NCBI GenBank assembly: GCA_041662125.1
Contig: JBAZTA010000003.1
Coordinates: 135,992 to 199,991, forward strand
Length of the DNA: 64,000 nucleotides
Reading direction: 5' to 3'
Source: Candidatus Omnitrophota bacterium
GTDB lineage: Bacteria; Omnitrophota; Gorgyraeia; Gygaellales; Profunditerraquicolaceae
Part shown: positions 28,564 to 37,093 of the stretch, in pieces
Layout of the letters: each line of letters starts with the position of its first letter
How positions within the stretch are numbered: the stretch's first letter is position 1
Translations under genes and position numbers: made by a program
The notes under the pieces: model-generated
The model's database searches: none
Told to the model about the DNA's origin: nothing
The model's input: the letters and a program-made list of their open reading frames with translations, nothing else

Positions 28564-29748
28564 TTAAAGTATAAATCTTTGCAATATGCTTTGTCCAAAA
28601 GACGCGCACCACGCGCTATCTAAAATTACCCCTTTTTTCAAGATTGTCAGGAATACTCCTATAAAAATAAAAGGAGTTAAGGGGAAAGTTTTGCTGATAC
28701 TTATTTCAGAAAGCCCCGGCTCATTGAGCCCAATTTCCTTAATATACGCAGCTTGTTCTTCTGTTAATCCGTCAGGGTAAAACTTCTCATTGACCCCCTT
28801 TATCTTGAAAATCTCGCAAATTTTTATCATGGATTCATGCGATAAGAGCATTCCTTTACGCAGGTCATCTTTCTTTATTTTCTTTACCTCGCGCGTATTG
28901 AGGAAAGATTGAATCAGAATCGAAAAAATCGTACAGGCCAAGAGAAAAAAGGTAAAATTTTGGAATAAGCCTTGTATTACACGTGGTATGTCTTTTGCCT
29001 CAAAGACAATGATCGCTAAAAACACTATATTGAGAGCTGTGGTGGCGATAATAACATTTTTCTTTTTGAACAAAACAGTTAACTTTTGGAAACCAAAACT
29101 GATGATGATGCAGATAATCCCGAACAATGATGAAAAGCGGCTTTGCGCTTTCATGAAACCGATAAGCCGTATGATATTCATGAACATGAATATACTCAAA
29201 TATCCTAATGCGATCTTAGCGTAATCTTTTTTATGAACATTAAGCAAGTTTATTCTTTCAACCGCATACGTAATGCTTGCTTTAAAATTGAGTTGTATAA
29301 GGGATATTCCTTTAAGAAAAACAAACAACTGCAGCACGAGCTTTATGAATATTTCTAGGATAATAAATAAAAAGACGATACTAAAAGCGTTAGCGAGTAA
29401 AATGAATGAAGGGAAATTAGGGATAGGATAGCTGTCGCCGTAATAGTGCAGAGGAACTAAGAATGAAAAGAGCATAAAAAGTTTGGCGTCACCTGCTGAC
29501 CAAAAACCAAAATACCAGATAAAAAATGATACGGTGCATGAAATGGCAACATTTTTTAGAAAAATTGAAACAGGGAAAATAACAGGGGCATGAAAGAATA
29601 TAATTTTGGCCGCGAGTATACAATAACAAATGATGCCGCTTAAGGCCCCGTAGATAATATATTTATTTTTAACTTTACCTATGCGCAGGTCATCAAATGA
29701 AGTGATAGCTCCCAGTATAAATAATATTGCCAAGAAGAGAAAATCCAT
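28564..29748 (-). CDS. A24-family (prepilin peptidase / TadV-CpaA-like) membrane protein with C-terminal extension
   Basis: 394 aa, polytopic. Two aspartyl-protease motifs typical of A24 peptidases are present: 'ITSFDDLRIGKVKNKY' (first Asp) and 'WSAGDAKLFMLF' (GxGDxKL, second Asp). It lacks the PilD N-terminal Cys box. A roughly 100-aa soluble C-terminal tail follows. Confidence 0.5.
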   Translation of the reverse strand: MDFLFLAILFILGAITSFDDLRIGKVKNKYIIYGALSGIICYCILAAKIIFFHAPVIFPVSIFLKNVAISCTVSFFIWYFGFWSAGDAKLFMLFSFLVPLHYYGDSYPIPNFPSFILLANAFSIVFLFIILEIFIKLVLQLFVFLKGISLIQLNFKASITYAVERINLLNVHKKDYAKIALGYLSIFMFMNIIRLIGFMKAQSRFSSLFGIICIIISFGFQKLTVLFKKKNVIIATTALNIVFLAIIVFEAKDIPRVIQGLFQNFTFFLLACTIFSILIQSFLNTREVKKIKKDDLRKGMLLSHESMIKICEIFKIKGVNEKFYPDGLTEEQAAYIKEIGLNEPGLSEISISKTFPLTPFIFIGVFLTILKKGVILDSAWCASFGQSILQRFIL

Positions 29749-29802
29749 TATTAAAACTTCTGATAAACCATCAGAGAACCGGCCTGATCCATGGAAGCGG
29801 TA

Positions 29803-30141
29803 TTACCATTGTCCGTGAGAGCCATGAGAGCCATGAGAGCCGTGAGAGCCGTGAGAACCGTGTGAGCCGTGAGAGCCATGTGAGCCGTGAGAGCCGTGAG
29901 AGCCGTGAGAGCCGTGAGAACCATGTGAAACGTGCCTTCCGGTGACAGGGTCATTATCCATATAGGAAGTCTGTGTATACGGTTGTGCCGCTGCCTGTTT
30001 TTGTATGAAGCTATTGACCATCCCCAATGTTAAGAGGATCCCCGCGCTTAAACGTAAAGCGTTTTTTCTGGTAATCTTAGCTTCTTCACTGTTTAAAAAC
30101 ATTTTTAAGTCTTTTTTAACTTTAGGGAAATCTTTTTTCAT
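29803..30141 (-). CDS. membrane-anchored His-Xaa-Ser tandem-repeat protein (HxsA-like)
   Basis: 112 aa. An N-terminal signal/TM segment 'LRLSAGILLTLGMVNSF' is followed by VSHG plus 12 perfect SHG repeats and ends ...GQW. It is encoded by a 9-bp DNA tandem repeat and is the only frame with a start codon and a signal peptide. The stop of the upstream gene overlaps its ATG (TGACATG). Confidence 0.6.
   Translation of the reverse strand: MKKDFPKVKKDLKMFLNSEEAKITRKNALRLSAGILLTLGMVNSFIQKQAAAQPYTQTSYMDNDPVTGRHVSHGSHGSHGSHGSHGSHGSHGSHGSHGSHGSHGSHGSHGQW
29815..29931. repeat. 9-bp tandem repeat (about 13 units of GTGAGAGCC and variants) encoding (Ser-His-Gly)n
   Basis: Direct reading: gtgagagcc / atgagagcc / gtgagaacc / gtgtgagcc units head-to-tail. 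All three plus-frames and three minus-frames give repetitive peptides. Only the minus frame (GSH) is part of a full ORF. Confidence 0.9.
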
Positions 30142-30142
30142 G

Positions 30143-30886
30143 TCAGTTAACGCCTCCTTTTATTTGCTCTTGCTCACCAGGATTGTTAGTGATTATTTCT
30201 CTTAATTTAGATTCATCGAATTCTTGGGTGAGAGGGTCATAACTGAACTGTTGATATATTTGTTTTTTTACATCTTCAAACAGGGTAATAATCTGTTCTT
30301 CGGAAAAGCCGGCTTGCTTTTTTTGTTCATAAAAGATCGGCCACGATCCAAGAGCTTGCTGCATTCTTTCTTTATACGCTTTGAGCCTTTCTTGCATCAA
30401 TTGTTCAGCGATTTCTTCTGGCTGTTGCGCCAGAGAGTTTTGCAAAGTTGAAGCGCTGGTTATTTCTTCGCATGTGGAATTGATCTTAGTTTTACAGGCG
30501 TACTTTCCTTTATTACAAATATAGCGCATAGTGATAAGCTCTTTTTTACAGTTGTCACAGGGTTCAAAGCTTGCTTTTTTATCAGCAGAGGTATAAATGA
30601 TCATTTTTAAAGAATTATCGTTTCTATCGAGCAGTTTCTTTTCTTCTTTCGACAACGTATCTACCCAGGTTGTCGAGAGGCGTTCATCGGCAATATAGCC
30701 TTCTCTTACTTCTGATAAAGGTAAACCGCAAACAGGGCATTTTGTGATCATCTTGTGGTCAATTTGGACGAGCGTGTCGGTAGGGCAGCCTTGAATTCTC
30801 GATTCAGCAGCACAGAAAGTGATATTTGTTAGGACAATACAGGCCAATACAAAACATTGATAGAGTCTAAACTGATTCTTTTGCAT
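30143..30886 (-). CDS. Cys-rich secreted protein with C-terminal Gln/Glu-rich helical region, hypothetical
   Basis: 247 aa. A signal peptide is followed by CxxC pairs 'CPTDT...CPVCG' and 'CDNCKK...CNKGKYAC...C'. It is translationally coupled to the repeat protein. Confidence 0.45.
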   Translation of the reverse strand: MQKNQFRLYQCFVLACIVLTNITFCAAESRIQGCPTDTLVQIDHKMITKCPVCGLPLSEVREGYIADERLSTTWVDTLSKEEKKLLDRNDNSLKMIIYTSADKKASFEPCDNCKKELITMRYICNKGKYACKTKINSTCEEITSASTLQNSLAQQPEEIAEQLMQERLKAYKERMQQALGSWPIFYEQKKQAGFSEEQIITLFEDVKKQIYQQFSYDPLTQEFDESKLREIITNNPGEQEQIKGGVN

Positions 30887-30900
30887 ACGTTGCCCTTTCT

Positions 30901-31113
30901 TTATTTTTCCGTCGCCGCTAAAGATAAAACATAATTTGAGAATTCATCTTTTACGAAAGGCCTGAGTTCTTTTTTTCTAATGTTATCAATCGTAACGATG
31001 ATCCGGCTTTTTTTGTTTTGCACCATAAAATCAGCAAGCCCCCGGTAATCTTTTATTGCTTTTTTGACAGAAGCCAGCGGATAAAAGTCTTCAGCAAAAG
31101 TGATTTTTAGCAT
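30901..31113 (-). CDS. small hypothetical protein (70 aa)
   Basis: No signal peptide. Its start overlaps the stop of the upstream gene by 7 nt. 'FSNYVLSL' weakly resembles the motif in the upstream neighbour. Confidence 0.35.
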   Translation of the reverse strand: MLKITFAEDFYPLASVKKAIKDYRGLADFMVQNKKSRIIVTIDNIRKKELRPFVKDEFSNYVLSLAATEK

Positions 31114-31556
31114 TTTTTTGGCTTTCGTTTTTTTGCCTGCGCAGTTTTATGTTTTTCTTCCCAGGGTATCGCTATCTTTAAAGGGTCTTCTTCCCAGTCC
31201 TGCTCAAGGCCTATTTCTTGCTGGCCTTCGAAAGTTGTTTTCTCAACAGGCGCAGAAGCCTGTGAGAAAAACAAAGCGGTTTTTATGATATGTTCCCGGA
31301 TATCTTTATTGCGCAGTGCGATATTGTAACGCAGCGTATTACTGATAAGCTCATTTTTAAAACTTTCTCGTAAATCGGCAAGTGATACATGGGAATCCTT
31401 GGGGGTCAAGCAAACATTGATATCATTGCTTTGTCCGGGAAGTTTTTCCAAGAAAGCATACGTGTCGTTTAAAAACTGACAACAGGTAGTAATAACCGCT
31501 TCTTTAGAAAAGATATCGCTTGATAATTTAAGTTCAATCGTTTTTGTTTTTTTCAT
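31107..31556 (-). CDS. hypothetical protein with 'LNDTYAFLE' motif (possible HxsD-like accessory protein)
   Basis: 149 aa, cytoplasmic. 'CCQFLNDTYAFLEKL' near the N-terminus resembles the motif I recall as the HxsD family signature (LLNDYxLRE). The C-terminus is Lys-rich. Confidence 0.4.
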   Translation of the reverse strand: MKKTKTIELKLSSDIFSKEAVITTCCQFLNDTYAFLEKLPGQSNDINVCLTPKDSHVSLADLRESFKNELISNTLRYNIALRNKDIREHIIKTALFFSQASAPVEKTTFEGQQEIGLEQDWEEDPLKIAIPWEEKHKTAQAKKRKPKKC

Positions 31557-31574
31557 AAATGCTCCATTCTTTTT

Positions 31575-32123
31575 TTAATGGCACAGCATATATCCGGATG
31601 TATCTAATAAACCTGGATTAGCGATAACAAAAGGACTAACGGGAGAACCACCTAAGGTGAACACATTGATCACATGCATGAACGCAGGGTCACACCAAGT
31701 AACCCTTGCTCCCGGGTCAATTCCTGAAAGCGGAACCACCGGGAACGGGTCATATCTAACAAATCTTGGTTGAATAAACAAAGGGAACCATAAACCTGAA
31801 CTTGTGTAATAGAATAAAGCGTGATAATTAATGTCATAGTATATTTGGCCATCTGCCGGATTTGTGGGAGGGGTTGGCCTTGGATCTAGTGATAGTACCC
31901 CATCATCAACCAAATATGCAGCACCGCTATTGGGATCGCGAGAGCGTCCTACGGTCATTCTATGTGCTTTTACCGTGTCATATAAACCGGTGAGGCTCGG
32001 ATAATACGTTGTTATTACTATTTCTTCTTGGGCTGATGCTTGAGTAATGCAAAGGATTATTAAACTTATAATAGGAATAATTGTTAAGAATATGTTTTCT
32101 TTGTTTAAGTATTTGATGAGCAT
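31575..32123 (-). CDS. secreted protein, paralog 1 of a three-member local family (unknown function)
   Basis: 182 aa. Signal peptide ...'ITQASA'. The mature N-terminus 'QEEIVITTYYPS...YD' and the motifs 'DGVLSLDPR', 'GQIYYD', 'FYY', 'WFP' and two Cys are shared with the next two genes. Confidence 0.6.
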   Translation of the reverse strand: MLIKYLNKENIFLTIIPIISLIILCITQASAQEEIVITTYYPSLTGLYDTVKAHRMTVGRSRDPNSGAAYLVDDGVLSLDPRPTPPTNPADGQIYYDINYHALFYYTSSGLWFPLFIQPRFVRYDPFPVVPLSGIDPGARVTWCDPAFMHVINVFTLGGSPVSPFVIANPGLLDTSGYMLCH

Positions 32124-32140
32124 AGGTTAAAAGTATTTTG

Positions 32141-32608
32141 TTAAATACAAATCAAAAATCCGTTTGGCGGAGGAGCGCTAAAATCTGCCCTGTTTTTATT
32201 CAAATCAAGTACATTCACTGCCGTTGCGTTTTGCAAGCCCAATGGGTTTATTGGTGCATTACAAGAAAACGTTCCTGGGCCATATGGTATCTCACGGGCA
32301 CTACCCAAAGCCGGCAGCCATATGGTTGCATTAAAAAAATAAAATGATCTGTCTATTCCATAGTAAAAGATATCTCCCTGTCTGGGGGCAAGTCCGGGAA
32401 AAGTTGCGCGAGGCCCAAAACTAAGAACACCATCTCTGGTTAGTTCAGGAGTACTATTTGTGCCAATGCCTACTTTATTTGCGATAAGCCTGTCATACGC
32501 TGCGTTCGCAGAAGGAAAATATGTTGTGATGTAAATATCTTCAGCAAAGCCGTACTGCGCAATTCCTACTATACAAAATAATAAGAGTAATGATAGTCTT
32601 TTTGTCAT
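32141..32608 (-). CDS. secreted protein, paralog 2
   Basis: 155 aa. Signal peptide ...'AQYGFA'. Mature 'EDIYITTYFPS...YD...DGVLSFGPR...GDIFYYG...FYFF...WLP...PPPNGFLICI'. Confidence 0.6.
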   Translation of the reverse strand: MTKRLSLLLLFCIVGIAQYGFAEDIYITTYFPSANAAYDRLIANKVGIGTNSTPELTRDGVLSFGPRATFPGLAPRQGDIFYYGIDRSFYFFNATIWLPALGSAREIPYGPGTFSCNAPINPLGLQNATAVNVLDLNKNRADFSAPPPNGFLICI

Positions 32609-32622
32609 TTTCTCATGAGCCT

Positions 32623-33072
32623 CTAATCACACAGTAACCATCCTCCGCCCGGTGGCGGAGCCAACCAATTTACTAACCGTCCGGTTTGATCCATGACATT
32701 AATTAAAGTCATACCATATGGGCAACCAGACCATAAGTCAGGGGTATACACTTTCATAGCAACTCCGGGATTTGCATACCACCGTGTCCCATCATTATAA
32801 AAAAACATTAACAACGCGCTATTATAATAAATACTGCCTGGAATATTCCCCGGAGGAGCTGCAACCCTGGGAGAAAAAGCAATTGTTGCATCATCTGAAT
32901 TATTATGCATAGCACTTTCGCCGACATTAAGTTTGTGTACTTTAATGGAGTCGTAACTCCCAAAAGGCGAAGGATGGTAAGTGCTGATAACAATATCTTT
33001 ATCAGTAGCAAAGCTGATCGAATAATAACATAATAAAACAGCTAAACTTATGTAAATTTTACGCATATGCAT
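32623..33072 (-). CDS. secreted protein, paralog 3 (start trimmed to internal Met preceding the signal peptide)
   Basis: The ORF-track frame runs to 33258 but overlaps the upstream rSAM gene. The probable start is 'MHMRKIYISLAVLLCYYSISFA' (ATG 33070-33072 or 33064-33066). Mature 'TDKDIVISTYHPS...YD...PGSIYYN...FFY...W...APPPGGGWLLCD'. Confidence 0.55.
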   Translation of the reverse strand: MHMRKIYISLAVLLCYYSISFATDKDIVISTYHPSPFGSYDSIKVHKLNVGESAMHNNSDDATIAFSPRVAAPPGNIPGSIYYNSALLMFFYNDGTRWYANPGVAMKVYTPDLWSGCPYGMTLINVMDQTGRLVNWLAPPPGGGWLLCD

Positions 33073-33103
33073 AGTAATTAATATATCAAATAACCGATTC
33101 TTG

Positions 33104-34057
33104 TCAATTATTTTTATGAGGCACTGTAATAGCTTTAAACTCTTTAACACCAAACTGTTTCGTATAATATTTCCAGGCCCCTTCACAATATAAATTATAC
33201 ACGCAAATTTTACAACAAGCAAATTTAATTTTTGAGTCTCTTCTCCTTCTTTTTTCAATAAAAAATGATTCTCTTCCCCGAGTGCCTATCGCTGTTTTCC
33301 TTTGTCCATCCTTGAATTCACCAACTATACCTTGAAAATTCGGGATCCCGGCTAATATGCAAAAGGGGATATCTCCCACAGTGAGATTAAGTTTCATCTT
33401 TTTCGCAAGGCCAACTGCTGCAGTAAGATGCTTTTTTATTGCAGTATAGCGAGGTACTAATAAATCAAAATTACGCCGTCCTCTTCCTTCCGGATTAATA
33501 AAGTTTAGCCGAAAATCCCTTAATTGGAACTTTTGGGAGAAAAAGCGGATCATTTTCGAAAGATCACGGTAATTTAATTTATTAATAACTATATTGAGCA
33601 ATATATTATCTTTAATGATCCCTTTTTTTCTGAGTATTGCTAAATAACGCAGCCCTTGTGTTTTTTCAGAAAAGCCTCCTTTTACCGCGGTCAGAAAATC
33701 TTCGGTTGCGGCTTTATGGCTGTGAATAGAAATATAAAAGCGTGACGCTCCGGCCTGTATGATTTTTTTGAGGAATACCGCGTCAGAGTAACGCCTGCCG
33801 TTGCTGACCAAATAAACACCCTGGAATCCGAGCTTTCTGGCAAAGAGAATCGATTCTACGAGATGGGGGTATAGTGTCGGCTCACCTCCCAGAAAACCGA
33901 TCATACGGTAGCCCTGTTTGTAAAAATCCAGGAGCTCTTTTTTTACTTCTGTGACAGGGATGAATTTCTGCTCTTCGCGCGGGACGTCACTCATGCAAAA
34001 TTTGCAGCGGTTATTACAGAGAAACCCCAGGTTAATTTCAGCTTTTTTATCTTCCAT
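33104..34057 (-). CDS. radical SAM enzyme, roughly 300-aa 'type B' (N-terminal CxxxCxxC, C-terminal CxxC...C cluster)
   Basis: 317 aa. 'CNNRCKFC', 'LGGEPTL', and C-terminal 'CCKICVYNLYCEG' are present. Confidence 0.8.
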   Translation of the reverse strand: MEDKKAEINLGFLCNNRCKFCMSDVPREEQKFIPVTEVKKELLDFYKQGYRMIGFLGGEPTLYPHLVESILFARKLGFQGVYLVSNGRRYSDAVFLKKIIQAGASRFYISIHSHKAATEDFLTAVKGGFSEKTQGLRYLAILRKKGIIKDNILLNIVINKLNYRDLSKMIRFFSQKFQLRDFRLNFINPEGRGRRNFDLLVPRYTAIKKHLTAAVGLAKKMKLNLTVGDIPFCILAGIPNFQGIVGEFKDGQRKTAIGTRGRESFFIEKRRRRDSKIKFACCKICVYNLYCEGAWKYYTKQFGVKEFKAITVPHKNN

Positions 34058-34994
34058 GAAGTATTTTGGCCGTGATCGCTTCTTTACTCACAAATACAGG
34101 ATGAAGCTCTTTTGAGGAATAAAATTTGTCCATTTGATATAACCCGGGGCATATGCTGTCAAGGAAACAGGTTTTGCAGCAGTCTGTTTTGTCATATCCC
34201 CATTTTTTCTTCCAATCGTTTTCATAATGAAAACCGCGGTTGTCCAGGAAAAATGTTACGCGGTTCTCTTTTTTTACCAGTTTTCTGGTCTCATTGAGGA
34301 CGTGTTCAAACTCGGGAAGCGCGCAGAGCGGCAAGCGCTCTACTCTGAAAGTTTTATGGTGTTTTTCCAGGAATACCAGCGCACGGTGCAATGATAATTC
34401 AATTTCTGACAAGCGGGGTATCGTATCCGGATTTTCCTTGGCCCTGTCCATGTAGGGGTCAAGGTTATTCCAAACAAAATGGCGCACAAAGGAGAAGTTT
34501 TTTACGATCCAGGATACATTTTCATACAAATGGCCGGCATTATAGTGGTTGATCACGATATTCATATCAACTCTGATCTTTGGAAGTTTCTCTAAATTCC
34601 TTAAAGCTTTAATAATATTGTCCAGGGCGTCTTTGTTTTGAGTTAAAAACGATTGGATCTCTTTTTTATACGAATAAAAAGAAAGATGCAACTGCTGTAA
34701 TCCCGCTTTTTTCAACTCCAGCAGGTAAGAATAATCGGCTAACTTCTGCCCATTTGTGATGATACGGCAGGGCATGTTTTTTACCCGGCAATAGCTGATT
34801 AAATCACCTAAGAACGGAGAAAGTGTTGGTTCTCCCCCGGTAAATATGATCCCATCATAGGATTTCTTAATATAGAGATCGATTAATTTCTTGCCTTGTT
34901 CAAGGGTGAGTGTTTTTTTTGTCGGAGGATTCGAACAAAAACGGCATTGCTGGTTACATTCCCTGGTGAGTTGGATATACGCTAATGACGCCAC
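34047..34994 (-). CDS. radical SAM enzyme, type B paralog
   Basis: 315 aa. 'CNQQCRFC', 'FTGGEPTL', and C-terminal 'CCKTCFLDSICPG' are present. Confidence 0.8.
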   Translation of the reverse strand: MASLAYIQLTRECNQQCRFCSNPPTKKTLTLEQGKKLIDLYIKKSYDGIIFTGGEPTLSPFLGDLISYCRVKNMPCRIITNGQKLADYSYLLELKKAGLQQLHLSFYSYKKEIQSFLTQNKDALDNIIKALRNLEKLPKIRVDMNIVINHYNAGHLYENVSWIVKNFSFVRHFVWNNLDPYMDRAKENPDTIPRLSEIELSLHRALVFLEKHHKTFRVERLPLCALPEFEHVLNETRKLVKKENRVTFFLDNRGFHYENDWKKKWGYDKTDCCKTCFLDSICPGLYQMDKFYSSKELHPVFVSKEAITAKILHGR

Positions 34995-35037
34995 AGTGTT
35001 GACCTCGCTTTGTACATGTTTTGATCTGACAGTTGGC

Positions 35038-36231
35038 TCATATGTTTTTTAAGATCTTAAAGCCTTTTTCCCGTATCAGCCTGATAGGGGCTCCGTTGCA
35101 GTTTTTATGCGCTTTACAGAGATCGCACCTCAAGCTTTTCAAGAAAAACCTTTCATTGATAAAAAAATCCAAAAACGCGTTAATATCAATTGTGCCCTGC
35201 GTAAGAAATCGTTTGAACCTGCGCCGGTGCGTTTGAATGCAAACACCTGTTTCTTTTGACACTATTTGTTTATCTTTCTTTAGTTTGACCAGGTCGTTAC
35301 AAAAATCTTCGATAAAACAATAGCGGCATTGAGCTCCAAAGCACGGCATAAGTTCGCCTCGCTTGATAAACCGAGAAAACAGCGACATTCTTCCCCTGAT
35401 CTCATCTTTTAATTTTTCCGGGTGCTGGATCAATTCTTCAAATCCTTCCAAGAACCGGGCAGGGAACCGATTGGTCCAGATATAAATATCAGGGAACTCA
35501 TATTGCAGCTGAAAGGCTTTTTTGAGATACGGTGCGGCTGCAGGTATTGTATACAGGACTTTCTCCTTATTCTTCCAGGCAGAGCCAAACGGCGTCACTT
35601 GGAGCAGATCAAATTCGGTTATATTGCGAGAAATAAAAAATCTCATAATATCCTCCAGATGCCGATAATTGATCTTATTGATAACGATATCAATATTTAT
35701 AATCAGGCGGTTGGACTCCAATGCGTTTGTCAGTCCCGCCATTGCCTGCGCAAATGAACCTGTAACGCCTGATTGCTTCTCATAAAGCGTTTTCGTATGG
35801 CCGTGCATCGAAAAAGTTATTTCACTGACTCCCGCAGCGACTGCTTTATTGAGAAAAGACCGGTAGTAAAACATGCGGCCGTTTGTCACGACTTGGACCT
35901 GCGCATAGCCTAAGGTTTTTGCAAGTTCCACAATACGCAGGAAATGGGGATGCAGGGTAGGTTCTCCTCCTGAAAGGATAAGTTTAACAGAACCCTCAGA
36001 GATTCCCTGTTCCATTTCCTTTTTTAAGGCAAGAATGCTTCGAGAAGTTCCATTGTGATGAACGCTATCGAGGCAGAAAACGCAGTTGTTATTACAAAAA
36101 TTCGTCAATCGCAGCCAGAATTTTTTTTTCTGCGCGGCCTCTTTACGTTGCGTTATTCGAGTTTTTAACTGGTTCAAGCTCTTTATCTCCATAGAGTGAG
36201 TAATAGTGCTCAAATATCCCGCCGCAAACAC
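35038..36231 (-). CDS. radical SAM enzyme with extended Cys-rich C-terminus
   Basis: 397 aa. 'CNNNCVFC', 'SGGEPTL', and C-terminal clusters 'CFGAQCRYC...C' and 'CDLCKAHKNC' are present. An alternative start at ATG 36190-36192 would reduce the 89-nt overlap with the upstream gene. Confidence 0.75.
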   Translation of the reverse strand: MFAAGYLSTITHSMEIKSLNQLKTRITQRKEAAQKKKFWLRLTNFCNNNCVFCLDSVHHNGTSRSILALKKEMEQGISEGSVKLILSGGEPTLHPHFLRIVELAKTLGYAQVQVVTNGRMFYYRSFLNKAVAAGVSEITFSMHGHTKTLYEKQSGVTGSFAQAMAGLTNALESNRLIINIDIVINKINYRHLEDIMRFFISRNITEFDLLQVTPFGSAWKNKEKVLYTIPAAAPYLKKAFQLQYEFPDIYIWTNRFPARFLEGFEELIQHPEKLKDEIRGRMSLFSRFIKRGELMPCFGAQCRYCFIEDFCNDLVKLKKDKQIVSKETGVCIQTHRRRFKRFLTQGTIDINAFLDFFINERFFLKSLRCDLCKAHKNCNGAPIRLIREKGFKILKNI

Positions 36232-37066
36232 TCTTGTACAAACAACAACGGCATACGGCGGTCTTTATTCTTTTTCTTGTTGGACGCATGCATCTTTCTT
36301 CTTTTACATAGTTTTTTTTACCCGCGGCAAGTTCAAGCGTAAGGCGTTCATCCCAATAGAAATCGTTTGAATAACAGGCGAAATCACCTAAAATACAAGC
36401 CGGCATGCCAAAAAACCTGATAATACTTTTATGCGCATTAGCCTTTTTAATCAAAACCGGTATTTTTGTTTTGATTTCAGAGAGCCTGACGGCTAATGCT
36501 TGGTAATCGCGTAACCCTCTTCCTTCCGGAGCAAGATTCGAAAAAAGCATGTGTTTGATCTTTTTCTTCAAGAGAAATGTTTCTATTTTTTCGAGGGAAT
36601 TAAAATTAAGCCTGCTGATTACTGTGTTGCTAAAGATCCTGATCGGATAATCAGACAACCATGCTAATGCCCGGGATAGATTGCTAAAACTCCCCTGGGT
36701 TTTTACGATCATATTATGCTCTTTCGCCGAATGCCCATGGATGGAAAAACATACTTCATCAAGGTATGCGGCTACCTGTGAGCAAAACTTTTTTTCTGAA
36801 AATCTACCCCCATTAGTGCCCACGCGGATCGAATAACCCATTTTCCTGGTTTCCTGTGCCAGCTCCGTAAAAAACGGGACAAGGGTCGCTTCTCCTCCGG
36901 TAAAATGCACGCTCGTAAAGCCTTTCTTTTTCTTTTCTTTTAACAACGTAAGAATCGGATCAAGGGCAAGCGGTTGTCTGTGAAACCGGCCGATAGCATC
37001 GGAAGAACTGCAAAACACACATTTCTGTGAGCAGGTATATGAGATATGAAAGTCAATATGTTCCAT
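36143..37066 (-). CDS. radical SAM enzyme, type B paralog
   Basis: 307 aa. 'CSQKCVFC', 'FTGGEATL', and C-terminal 'CRCCLYKSVCGG' are present. Confidence 0.8.
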   Translation of the reverse strand: MEHIDFHISYTCSQKCVFCSSSDAIGRFHRQPLALDPILTLLKEKKKKGFTSVHFTGGEATLVPFFTELAQETRKMGYSIRVGTNGGRFSEKKFCSQVAAYLDEVCFSIHGHSAKEHNMIVKTQGSFSNLSRALAWLSDYPIRIFSNTVISRLNFNSLEKIETFLLKKKIKHMLFSNLAPEGRGLRDYQALAVRLSEIKTKIPVLIKKANAHKSIIRFFGMPACILGDFACYSNDFYWDERLTLELAAGKKNYVKEERCMRPTRKRIKTAVCRCCLYKSVCGGIFEHYYSLYGDKELEPVKNSNNAT

Positions 37067-37093
37067 TTAAAGATTTTAGCACAGTAATACCAT

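Noticed and set aside
29815-29931. Short tandem repeats considered as a CRISPR array
   Set aside because: The units are 9 bp with no spacers. They are coding and in-frame. There are no cas genes.
29727-29954. Plus-strand 72-aa (ESHESRESRE...) and minus-strand 67-aa (LTALTALTA...) ORFs over the 9-bp repeat
   Set aside because: These are alternative frames of the tandem repeat. Only the 29803..30141 frame has a start codon, a signal peptide and a partner gene with translational coupling.
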